From the NCBI GenBank assembly GCA_012520255.1, contig JAAYOQ010000002.1, forward strand, positions 1,839 through 65,838: a stretch of 64,000 nucleotides of DNA, in the 5' to 3' direction. Shown piece by piece: positions 19,443-28,573 of the stretch. A program made the position numbers and the translations under genes. The notes beneath the pieces were generated by a model. That model searched no databases. It was not told where the DNA came from and saw nothing but the letters and a program-made list of their open reading frames with translations. Each line of letters starts with the position of its first letter. Position 1 is the first letter of the stretch. Source of the stretch: Erysipelotrichia bacterium. Lineage in GTDB: Bacteria; Bacillota_I; Bacilli_A; Erysipelotrichales; Erysipelotrichaceae.

Positions 19443-22365
19443 TTTTCTCCTCTTCTGCATATGATAATGCTTCTTTTAATTTAACTTTAATAACATTTGA
19501 AACCCCTTGTTTCTGCATTGTTATGCCATACAAGACATCACATTCTGTCATTGTTCCTGGTCGATGAGTAATAACAATAAACTGGGTCTGATTAGTAAAT
19601 TTATGAATATATCTGGCAAATCTGTCAACATTACCCTGATCCAAGCTCGCTTCTACTTCATCAAAGATACAAAGTGGAACCGGTCTAGCCTTTAAGATCG
19701 CAAAAAGAACACAAATAGCAATCAGAGACTTTTCTCCTCCAGAGAATAGTCTGATATTCTGAACACTTTTTCCCGGTGGCTGTACATCAATATCAATTCC
19801 AGTATTTAAGATATCATCTGGATCTTCAAGTATCAGTCTTGCTCTACCTCCACCAAATAAAACCGTAAACACCTCATTTAAAGAACCGTTGATTCTATCA
19901 AACATATCCTTAAATTGAAAGGTCATAACTTCATCCATCTCATTGATCGCTGTTAACAGTTGATTTTTAGCTTCTGTTAAATCATTTAACTGACTGTTCA
20001 TAAAAGTATATCTTTTATTTACTTCTTCATAATCTTTAGGTGCATCCAGATTGATATTACCAAGTTCAGAAATTTCTCTTCTCAATACCAAAACTTCTTC
20101 TTTAGCACTTTCAATATCCACATCATATTTCTGAGCTGAAGCATATTCATAAGTCATTTGATAATCTCTAGCTAATCTTTCAAAATGATTATCTCTGGTA
20201 ACTAACAATTTTGCTTTTTCAATATTTAAGTCATTGGCATGTCTAGAAACATCGAGTAATTCATTTCTAACCTGCCTTAATTGTGAATACTTTCTTTGCA
20301 GCTCACTATTAGCAGAAAGTCTTCTTTCACGTTTATTTTGAATTGTATTGGTTATTTCGTCCTTTTTAACATAGGCACTATTTAAAGATGTAACCAATTC
20401 ATCCTGATATGTAGTCTCATCAATATCAGAATCAGGTTTGATTCTGTCATATTCTTCTTTCAACTTTTCGTATTTTTCTTTTTTAATTTCTACGACACCT
20501 TTTAAAGAAGCCAGAGATACCTTTTGAGAAATGATCTTCTGTTGTGCTTCTTCTTTCAATTTGTTAAATTTATTTAAGTCGGAATTATATTTTTCAATTT
20601 CCAACTTGCTTTCAGCTTCTTTTGTGATGATTTCAGCCAATTGATTCTGATAAGTCAGTGGTGATTCTACTTTTTTATTATAGCCACCTCTCATTGTTCC
20701 CCCACGATAAACAACATCGCCATCAATGGTGATGATTTTATATTGATAATTCAATCTTTTAGCTAGTGATGTGGCTGTTTTTAAATCTTCTGTTACTAAA
20801 ACATTTCCCAGTAATGATAAAATGACAACATCATAAATCTCATCACAATTTACAAAATCACTTGCCAATCCAACAAATCCTGCAGTATTTTCAGCAACAA
20901 ATAAATGTTCTCTATTAACATAGCGTGGTTTTAAAACATTCAGCGGTAAAAAAGTTGCAGAACCAGCCTTGTTTTTCTTTAGGAAATCAATCGCATTTCT
21001 AGCCGATTTTTCATCTTTGGTAATAATATGATACAGAGATGAAGCTAAAGCAACTGAAACCATCTGCTGATATCCTTCATCAGCAACAAATAAATTGCTG
21101 ATTACATCATGAATTCCTTCTAAAACATTTTTATTATTGATAATCAGCTTAACACCAGTTTCCTTTTCAAAAGGTGTTTTTATTAAACTTTCTAAAACGC
21201 TTTTTCTATTGTTCAAATAGTTAAAGGTATTATTGGTTTGATTTAATTTATTTCTTGTTTCAGAAAGCTGATTATCTAGATCAACAACTTCTTTTTCCAA
21301 TAATTCTATTGCAGCTTCTATTGTCGTGGTTCTTTGAATTCTATCTTTCAATTCAACAGTTGCATCATTTAAAGCTTTTAATGTTTCTTCAACTTTGGCT
21401 TTAGTTGTTCCGGTCTCACGAATATATCTTCTTTTTTCGTCAACCTCAAATTTACGTTTTTCCAATAATTGAATTTCATTTAAACTGTTTAATAAATCAG
21501 TCTGTAATTTATGAACATCTAAATCAATAGTATTGATTTCATCTTTTAAATCATTACTAGCATTTTCTAAAATCTGTATTGTAGCTCTAGTACTTGTTTC
21601 CTGATAGTTTAAATCAAATAATTGCTGTTCAATTGTTTCTAAATCGTTAATCTGATTTTCAATTTCATGAACAATTACCGCAACCTCAATTTTTGTTAAT
21701 TGTTCTTTTTTTACAGTAAATTCTTCCGCTTTTATTGCCTGACGTTTTAAAGGAGAAACCTGTTTTTCCAACTCTTGCAGAATATCATTTAATCGGTCGA
21801 TATTATCCTGAGTTTTAGATAATTTTTTTAATGATTCAATTTTTCTTTTCTTATATTTGGCAACTCCTGCTGCTTCTTCAAACAGTGCTCTTCTTTCAAT
21901 CGGTTTGGCTTCAGCAAAAGCTTGTACAGTTCCCTGAGAAATAATACTTAATGAATCTTTTCCTAAACCGGTATCTAATACCAGATCAACAATATCTCTT
22001 AATCTACAAGTAGTATTATTAATTAAGTATTCACTTTCATTAGTATTTTTATATAATCTTCTGGTAATTTCAATTTCGGCAAAATCACTGTTAAGCTGTC
22101 TTTTGCTGTTATTGAAAACCAATGATACTTCTGCCATTGAAACTGCTCTTTTTCCTTCAGCACCAGCAAAAACGACATCACTCATACTTGAGCCACGCAT
22201 GCTTTTCGCTGATTGTTCACCTAGTACCCATTTAATAGCATCAATAATATTACTTTTCCCACAGCCATTTGGACCGACGATACCAGTATATTCACTATCA
22301 AATTCAATAACCGTTCTATTTCCAAAAGATTTAAACCCTTGTAAAATAATTTGCTTTAAAAACAT
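19426..22365 (-). CDS. smc: Chromosome condensation/segregation ATPase SMC
   Basis: A 979-aa protein with the Walker A GPNGCGKSN, long coiled coils with a central hinge, the signature FSGGEKSL and the Walker B CIFDEVEASLD. Confidence 0.92.
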   Translation of the reverse strand: MFLKQIILQGFKSFGNRTVIEFDSEYTGIVGPNGCGKSNIIDAIKWVLGEQSAKSMRGSSMSDVVFAGAEGKRAVSMAEVSLVFNNSKRQLNSDFAEIEITRRLYKNTNESEYLINNTTCRLRDIVDLVLDTGLGKDSLSIISQGTVQAFAEAKPIERRALFEEAAGVAKYKKRKIESLKKLSKTQDNIDRLNDILQELEKQVSPLKRQAIKAEEFTVKKEQLTKIEVAVIVHEIENQINDLETIEQQLFDLNYQETSTRATIQILENASNDLKDEINTIDLDVHKLQTDLLNSLNEIQLLEKRKFEVDEKRRYIRETGTTKAKVEETLKALNDATVELKDRIQRTTTIEAAIELLEKEVVDLDNQLSETRNKLNQTNNTFNYLNNRKSVLESLIKTPFEKETGVKLIINNKNVLEGIHDVISNLFVADEGYQQMVSVALASSLYHIITKDEKSARNAIDFLKKNKAGSATFLPLNVLKPRYVNREHLFVAENTAGFVGLASDFVNCDEIYDVVILSLLGNVLVTEDLKTATSLAKRLNYQYKIITIDGDVVYRGGTMRGGYNKKVESPLTYQNQLAEIITKEAESKLEIEKYNSDLNKFNKLKEEAQQKIISQKVSLASLKGVVEIKKEKYEKLKEEYDRIKPDSDIDETTYQDELVTSLNSAYVKKDEITNTIQNKRERRLSANSELQRKYSQLRQVRNELLDVSRHANDLNIEKAKLLVTRDNHFERLARDYQMTYEYASAQKYDVDIESAKEEVLVLRREISELGNINLDAPKDYEEVNKRYTFMNSQLNDLTEAKNQLLTAINEMDEVMTFQFKDMFDRINGSLNEVFTVLFGGGRARLILEDPDDILNTGIDIDVQPPGKSVQNIRLFSGGEKSLIAICVLFAILKARPVPLCIFDEVEASLDQGNVDRFARYIHKFTNQTQFIVITHRPGTMTECDVLYGITMQKQGVSNVIKVKLKEALSYAEEEKNDVIQ

Positions 22366-22455
22366 AACAACCTCATTTCACTTATTCATTATACTAAATT
22401 TTGACTGACAAATAAACCTATATAATTTTTTAAAATTAACACCTATATAAATTTT

Positions 22456-23364
22456 TTAAATTGATATTTCATTTAATATGTCTTTATAAACGTCAAGATA
22501 GAAACTGCTGTAATCTTTAGAACCATCACCATATCCCATACTTTTTGTTATTACATCAAATTGAGCAATTAAATTCATTCTCTCAATTTTGATTTCATCA
22601 GTTGGAAGCTGATAAAATACCATTTTACCTCTATTTTTGGTTCTAAATCTTTTATTTAATAACCACCATAAATCAAATTCACTGTAATCATAGCTGAAGC
22701 CAACAATATAAACATCGGCAAATATAAAATAATCTATCCAGGAATTAAATTTAATCTTGTTGTCAACATAATTATTTTGAGACTCATTGATATATTGTGT
22801 TATTTTTCCAACTAGTCCTCCATAGGCATCATGAGACAAGATTATAGAATTACTGTTTCTTAACTCCCCATGAACATGCCAGATATTTATAGTTCTTTTA
22901 TCCTGGAAACAATTTTTAATAGCATTATGAGTTTTAATCAAGTATTTCTGATCCAATCTATTAGCGGAAGTTCTGGCATACTTTTTAGTCTTATTGACAA
23001 TTTTGTCAAAGTTGTTATCAATATCACACTCAATATCATAGGTATAGTTAGTTGTCAGAATTGTATCAAAACCACCTGAATCGATTAATTTCATAAGTTT
23101 ACTGTTATTCAGATATTCGTAATTTTTAAAAGCCCTGCTAAGTCTTTTTTTATGTGATTCTTTATTCATGTCTGCAGGTAGTACTTTTATGGTATTGGGA
23201 ACATGTTTTGATAAACCTTTTACAATTGGATTGTCAACATAATTAAAAATAACTTCGCTCCAATCAAAATTCGGATTATAGTAACAGCCATTTCCTATAA
23301 ACAAAATTTTTGGTCTTTCTTCTTTTGAAGTATCAATTTCTATTGGAATATGCTTTTCTTTCAT
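22456..23364 (-). CDS. SIR2-like / AbiH-like (DHS-like NAD-binding fold) protein, candidate stand-alone defence gene
   Basis: The motif series is ILFIGNGCYY (Rossmann entry), ILTTNYTYDIE (TTNYD-like), IWHVHGE (catalytic-His-like) and VYIVGFSYDYSEFDLWW. This is the order seen in SIR2_2/AbiH/DUF4917-type proteins. The start is ATG 23364 behind AAGGTGA; the track GTG start at 23373 is too close to that RBS. Confidence 0.55.
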   Translation of the reverse strand: MKEKHIPIEIDTSKEERPKILFIGNGCYYNPNFDWSEVIFNYVDNPIVKGLSKHVPNTIKVLPADMNKESHKKRLSRAFKNYEYLNNSKLMKLIDSGGFDTILTTNYTYDIECDIDNNFDKIVNKTKKYARTSANRLDQKYLIKTHNAIKNCFQDKRTINIWHVHGELRNSNSIILSHDAYGGLVGKITQYINESQNNYVDNKIKFNSWIDYFIFADVYIVGFSYDYSEFDLWWLLNKRFRTKNRGKMVFYQLPTDEIKIERMNLIAQFDVITKSMGYGDGSKDYSSFYLDVYKDILNEISI

Positions 23365-23427
23365 TTTTATCACCTTATTTTATTATACATTATGAATAAT
23401 ATTTTAATTAAATGATTATATTTATTA

Positions 23428-23436
23428 TGCTATAAT
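23428..23436 (+). promoter_or_regulatory. Extended -10 promoter element (TGcTATAAT) for the acyl-CoA ligase gene
   Basis: attatgctataatat lies 24 nt upstream of the ATG at 23460, and the GGAGG RBS is at 23448-23452. Confidence 0.45.
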
Positions 23437-23459
23437 ATTTTTCAGACGGAGGAAAACTT

Positions 23460-25241
23460 ATGTTTAAAGAAAGATTTGAAAACTTCTTCGAAAAACAACA
23501 TGAAATTAATTACAGACCTGAGACAATGTATCAGATGTTGAAAAATTTTGCCATTAGAAATGAAAACAGTATAGCTTATGAATTTCAGGGAAAAAAGACT
23601 AAATATTTAGAATTTTTAGATAGAATTGAAGTTGTTGCTAAAGGATTAACGGCCATTGGAATCAGAGAAAATGATGTTGTAACAATTTGCATGCCAAACT
23701 GTCCACAGGCAGTAGATACATTTTATGCGATCAACAGAATTGGAGCTGTTGCTAATATGATTCACCCTTTAAGTGCCCAGTCAGAAATTACATTTTATCT
23801 TAATCTTTCAAAATCTAGAGTTATTTTAACCTTGGATCAGTTTTATGAAAAAGTTGTAGAAGCAAGAAGAGACTGCAGCCATCAGGTAATCATCCTAATG
23901 GCTCATATTTCTGATGAATTACCATTTTATTTGAAACCTCTTTATAAAATAAAAGCGGAAAGCAAATATTCGCATCTACCAAATCGTTCCTATTCTCTAG
24001 ATTGGAATAAATTTATATCAATGGGAGAAAATTATCCTCTTCCACTACCAAAAAACGTATTTAAGATTGATAAATGCTCAGTAATTTTATATTCTGGCGG
24101 CACTACTGGATCCACTAAAGGCATCATGCTGACAGATTTAAATTTTAATGCTTTATCAATGCAGGCTGTCAAAGCAATGGATGTAAAGGTAGCGCCAGGA
24201 GATTCAATTTTAGCTGCCATGCCTTTATTTCATGGATTTGGTTTAGGTATCGGAATACATACCTGTCTGACCAATGGGGCTTATTGCAGTTTGATTCCTT
24301 CATTTACTGTAAAAACATATGGTAAGACATTATTAGACAAAAAGCCTAATTTTATTGCTGGTGTACCTACTCTTTTTGAAGCAATGCTTAGAACTCCAGG
24401 AATGGATAAAGCTGATTTGTCATTTTTAAAAGGGATGTATTCTGGAGGAGATAGTTTATCAATTGAATTAAAGGCAAAAGTTGATAAATTCTTAAAAGAA
24501 CATAAAGCAACCATACAAATTTGTGAAGGTTATGGCACAACAGAATGTGTAACTGCTTCTTGTTTAACTCCCAAAAACAGATACAAAGAAGGTTCTATTG
24601 GCTTACCGTTTTCTGATACCACCTTTGTAATTTGTCCAATTGGTGAAATAAATCATCTACCACCGAATCAGGAAGGAGAAATATGTTTATCTGGACCAAC
24701 AGTCATGCTGGGATATCTCAATGATGAAGAAGAAACAGCCAAAGTTTTAAAAATTCATGAAGATGGTAAACTTTATTTACATACTGGTGACTTGGGTTTT
24801 ATCGATGAAGAAGGATTTATATATTTTAAGCAAAGAATTAAGAGAATGATTATTACTTCTGGATATAATGTTTATCCTTCTCAAATTGAAAATATTATCG
24901 ATGGACATCCAAAAGTTCAATATAGTTGCGTTATAGGAGTTAAAGATCCATATAAAATTCAAAGAGTTAAAGCTTTCTGTGTTTTAAAACCTGGCATCAT
25001 TCCTGATGATTCTATCAAAAATGAAATTAAAGAATATTGTGCTAAACATATTGCAAAATATGCCTGTCCTAGAGAGTTTGAATTTAGAGATGAACTTCCA
25101 AAAACATTAGTTGGAAAAGTTGCCTATCGTATTTTGGAACAGGAAGAAGAAGAAAAGAATGCCGAATATGTAGCAATGAGATCAGAATTAAAAACTGAAA
25201 CAAAAAAATCTGCTAAAAAGACAAAAAAGAAAGGTATGTAA
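23460..25241 (+). CDS. AMP-dependent (long-chain fatty) acyl-CoA ligase
   Basis: The AMP-binding motif is YSGGTTGSTKG, with GYGTTE, TGDLG..DEEG and a C-terminal catalytic Lys context LPKTLVGKV. It ends in a Lys/Glu-rich tail. Confidence 0.8.
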   Translation: MFKERFENFFEKQHEINYRPETMYQMLKNFAIRNENSIAYEFQGKKTKYLEFLDRIEVVAKGLTAIGIRENDVVTICMPNCPQAVDTFYAINRIGAVANMIHPLSAQSEITFYLNLSKSRVILTLDQFYEKVVEARRDCSHQVIILMAHISDELPFYLKPLYKIKAESKYSHLPNRSYSLDWNKFISMGENYPLPLPKNVFKIDKCSVILYSGGTTGSTKGIMLTDLNFNALSMQAVKAMDVKVAPGDSILAAMPLFHGFGLGIGIHTCLTNGAYCSLIPSFTVKTYGKTLLDKKPNFIAGVPTLFEAMLRTPGMDKADLSFLKGMYSGGDSLSIELKAKVDKFLKEHKATIQICEGYGTTECVTASCLTPKNRYKEGSIGLPFSDTTFVICPIGEINHLPPNQEGEICLSGPTVMLGYLNDEEETAKVLKIHEDGKLYLHTGDLGFIDEEGFIYFKQRIKRMIITSGYNVYPSQIENIIDGHPKVQYSCVIGVKDPYKIQRVKAFCVLKPGIIPDDSIKNEIKEYCAKHIAKYACPREFEFRDELPKTLVGKVAYRILEQEEEEKNAEYVAMRSELKTETKKSAKKTKKKGM

Positions 25242-25475
25242 AAATATCTTCTTTTTTACATTTTCTCTTATCGTTTTATAAATATATTTTTTTATTATCA
25301 ATGTTTATTTTTTTTAAACCAGATCCTAAATCTTTCTATTCTTTAAATAAGGTTATTATAACGGCTTTAAATGTTTTAATATAATAAGAGTATCCATACT
25401 GGATTAAACGCTTCTAAAGACCTTAAAATCATTATTACACTTTTAAAATGAGATGGATTTTATATTATTAATACT

Positions 25476-25527
25476 TGAAAAAAAGAAGTGACAAATCTTA
25501 TCAATTTAAGAACACTTCTCTTTTTTA
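25476..25527. terminator. Imperfect bidirectional terminator hairpin
   Basis: AGAAGTG (25484-25490) pairs with CACTTCT (25513-25519), with an inner AAAT/ATTT pairing. An A-run lies upstream and TTTTTT downstream. It is about 50 nt past the EIIB stop and about 240 nt past the ligase stop. Confidence 0.45.
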
Positions 25528-25572
25528 TAGAGATAATTAAAATAATTAAAATCTTTATAATCTGATTATCTA

Positions 25573-26058
25573 TTAATCATTTTTTAATATTTCTTCACAA
25601 TCATAACATTGTTGATCGGGAATAACCTGAATTTCTATCTTGACACCTTTATTTATCAGATCAAGCATTATTGCTTTTTCTTCATCATCAACTGAAATGT
25701 TTTGATGAAATCTTCTTCTCTTTCCACTCATACCCATACCACCAATATTAAATTTATCAATATCAATGTCAGCATCAATCAATGTTTTTATTGTCATAGG
25801 TGATTTAACGATAATCATTGTCGGTTTATCCAGTCCTGATTTTAAAGAATCTATAGAATCATTAACCGATTTTATTTCAACTGAAATATCTTCTGGAATC
25901 AGTAATTGAAACATCTTTTGCATAAAAGGATCTTTACTTGAAAAATCATCAATACAAATAATATGTCTTATATTTCTATAAACATTCAACCATGAATTAA
26001 CAATTTGACCATGTATTAAACGATCATCAACTCTAACAAATACGATATTATCTTGCAT
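25573..26058 (-). CDS. PTS mannose/sorbose-family EIIB component (orphan)
   Basis: VRVDDRLIHGQIV carries the phosphorylatable His of EIIB(Man). The start is ATG 26058 behind GGGGAGG; the track TTG start reads through the RBS. No EIIA, EIIC or EIID gene is nearby. Confidence 0.8.
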   Translation of the reverse strand: MQDNIVFVRVDDRLIHGQIVNSWLNVYRNIRHIICIDDFSSKDPFMQKMFQLLIPEDISVEIKSVNDSIDSLKSGLDKPTMIIVKSPMTIKTLIDADIDIDKFNIGGMGMSGKRRRFHQNISVDDEEKAIMLDLINKGVKIEIQVIPDQQCYDCEEILKND

Positions 26059-26118
26059 TTTTTTCCTCCCCAATTTTATTAAATTATTCTATTTTTCAGA
26101 TTGCTTCAATACTATTTT

Positions 26119-26793
26119 TTATTTTTGTAATCTTTCAAGATAAAGCTTATAATTTTCCTGAAATTTTTCAGGTCCATCCTTCATAATCGAGCTATTTCCA
26201 ACAACAAAACTATCAGCACCGGCTTTCAACATCAACTTCGCATTTTCAAGCGTTGTATTACCATCAACAATAATTTCTATTTTATGGGCTGCTTTATCAG
26301 CAAGTGCCTTAATTTTTTCCAGTTTAGATAAATGATTAGCAACCATTTTCTGACCACCAAAACCTGGATTGACTGCCATAACTAAAATGAAATCTAATAC
26401 ATCCAGACAGTTTTCAATATAATCAATACTTGTTGCTGGAGAAATAGCTAATCCTGCTTTGATATTTCTACTTTTTAAAGATAAAAGTAAGCTATGTGGC
26501 TGTCTGGTTGCTTCAGGATGAAAGGCACACATATCATTTTCTTTTAATTCGAAATATGGAATTATTACTTCCGGTCTTTCAACCATGAAATGGACATTCA
26601 TCGGCATATCAGTTATTGATCTGATCATATTAAAATCAATTGTTCCTAAAGTAATATTTGGAACAAAATGACCATCCATGACATCAAAATGAATACCATC
26701 GACACCTGTTTTATCAAATACATTAACATAATCTTTCAAATCCCATGGTTTAGAACACATGACTGAAGGATAAATAGCAATATGTCTATTCAT
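26119..26793 (-). CDS. Hexulose/pentulose-phosphate 3-epimerase (AlsE/Rpe family)
   Basis: The motifs are PSVMC, IHFDVMDGHFVPNITLG, MAVNPGFGGQ and VDGN. The MC-containing N-terminus and the PTS neighbour look more AlsE-like than like housekeeping Rpe. Confidence 0.8.
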   Translation of the reverse strand: MNRHIAIYPSVMCSKPWDLKDYVNVFDKTGVDGIHFDVMDGHFVPNITLGTIDFNMIRSITDMPMNVHFMVERPEVIIPYFELKENDMCAFHPEATRQPHSLLLSLKSRNIKAGLAISPATSIDYIENCLDVLDFILVMAVNPGFGGQKMVANHLSKLEKIKALADKAAHKIEIIVDGNTTLENAKLMLKAGADSFVVGNSSIMKDGPEKFQENYKLYLERLQK

Positions 26794-26994
26794 TTTTTCA
26801 CCTTTCCTTTACTAATGATTTTATGCTGCTTTAGAATTAATTAAATATGCATTTAAAACGATTCGGTATTAATATTCAAATATTATTTAACATCCTTAAA
26901 TTTAATAATATAAAATAAAGATTCTTTTTGCAAATTATAATATTTATTCACATAATTTTTTTACATTATAAAAGAAGTCAAATATTTCGACTTC

Positions 26995-28572
26995 TTATAA
27001 TAAAGGTTCAAATATTTTAAACAAATAAGCAACGATTTTTGTTGATAATTTTTGTTCCGCTACTTCTTTATATGTAATAAGTTTGCTTTTAGAAAAACAG
27101 TCAAGCATATCATTTTTTACATCAAGTACTACTTCCATACCATAAATATAAACAGCATTTTCAAAATGATGATATAAACTTCGATAATCTAAATTAATTG
27201 TTCCAACTATCGCTTTTTTATCATCAGAAACCATCATCTTGCCATGGACAAATCCTTCAGTATATTCATAAATTTTTACTCCATAATCAATCATAGTTTT
27301 ATAGTAGGATTTAGCTATCTTATTAATATAAACCTTATCAGGTATTCCAGGAAGTAATATTCTAACATCTATGCCCTTTTGAGCAGCAAACTTAATCGCA
27401 TTTAGAAACTCACCATCTAAAATAAAGTATGGATTCATAATATAAACATATTCTTTCGCCTGATTTAAAATATCTAAATAAACACCTTTTCCTACTAAAT
27501 AGTTATCCATTGGAATATCACCATAAGGAATTATATAACCCTCATAATCAAATGTTAAGCCATCGGAACAATTGATATAATCGATTTCCTGATCAGTGAT
27601 TTCTTGAACAGACAACTGAAGAAACATGGCAGTAAAAGATTTAACTGCTTGTCCTTTAATCATGATTGCTGTATCTTTCCAATAACCAAAAACTTCTTTT
27701 TGATTAATATATTCATCTGCAATATTAACTCCACCGGTAAAAGCAACTTTGCCATCGATCACAGTCATTTTTCTATGATCTCTGAAATTAAAATAAGTTG
27801 AAATAAAAGGATACAATGGAGCAAATTTAACACATTTGATGCCTGCATTATTTAATCTTTTATGATAATTAGCTGGCAATTTAGTAAAATCACACGTTCC
27901 ATCATAAATCACTCTGACATCAACACCAGCCTCAACTTTTTCAAGTAATATTTCTAATATCTGATTCCACATTTTTCCTCTATCAATAATGAAATATTCT
28001 AAAAATATAAACTTCTCTGCTTTCTTAAGTTCTTCTAAATAAGTTGAAAACATTTCTTCTCCAGAGGGAAAATATTTAACTTCACAATTAGTAAAAACAC
28101 CATTATTACAACTATTCTTTAAAAAATTATGTAAATGATATAATTCAATATCTTCATTTTTAATTTTTTCAATTAATTTTTCATCGTTTTTAATAAATTG
28201 TGAAAACTTCTTGTTTCTATCTATAAAGTGTTTTTTATAACGATTATTAAATACATCAAATTTGACAAATAAATAAGCCAAACTTCCCAATATAGGCACA
28301 AGTAATATAATAACAGCCCAGGTTATCTTATATGATTCGTAGTCTTCGTCAACATTCAGCATATACAGCAAAACTATAAAATCTAAAACTATTACGGCAC
28401 TGATAATAGGAATAATATAGTCAAGAAGTTTTAGATAAACAACAAATATGAATATCAGTTCTAAAAGTAATATTAAAAAGACAAAACCCGTAGAACCAAA
28501 CAAAAAAGATAGTTTTGACATCCTGTTCTTTTCTGATAAAAATAATTTTTGATAATCTTTTTTGTTTTTCAT
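26995..28572 (-). CDS. cls: Cardiolipin synthase
   Basis: It has N-terminal TM helices and two HKD motifs (HRKMTVIDG and HGKMMVSDD). The ATG at 28572 directly follows the rseP stop. The track start at 28593 is a TTG inside rseP. Confidence 0.85.
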   Translation of the reverse strand: MKNKKDYQKLFLSEKNRMSKLSFLFGSTGFVFLILLLELIFIFVVYLKLLDYIIPIISAVIVLDFIVLLYMLNVDEDYESYKITWAVIILLVPILGSLAYLFVKFDVFNNRYKKHFIDRNKKFSQFIKNDEKLIEKIKNEDIELYHLHNFLKNSCNNGVFTNCEVKYFPSGEEMFSTYLEELKKAEKFIFLEYFIIDRGKMWNQILEILLEKVEAGVDVRVIYDGTCDFTKLPANYHKRLNNAGIKCVKFAPLYPFISTYFNFRDHRKMTVIDGKVAFTGGVNIADEYINQKEVFGYWKDTAIMIKGQAVKSFTAMFLQLSVQEITDQEIDYINCSDGLTFDYEGYIIPYGDIPMDNYLVGKGVYLDILNQAKEYVYIMNPYFILDGEFLNAIKFAAQKGIDVRILLPGIPDKVYINKIAKSYYKTMIDYGVKIYEYTEGFVHGKMMVSDDKKAIVGTINLDYRSLYHHFENAVYIYGMEVVLDVKNDMLDCFSKSKLITYKEVAEQKLSTKIVAYLFKIFEPLL

Positions 28573-28573
28573 T

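Noticed and set aside
25242-25572. A 331-bp ORF-free gap between the convergent acyl-CoA ligase and EIIB genes, considered as a possible sRNA or decayed gene
   Set aside because: There is a TATAAT-like hexamer near 25378 and a hairpin with a T-run at 25476-25527. There is no convincing -35 and no conserved RNA motif I recognise, and the hairpin is adequately explained as a shared terminator. The sequence is extremely AT-rich with stops in all frames. RNA-seq would be needed to revive the idea.
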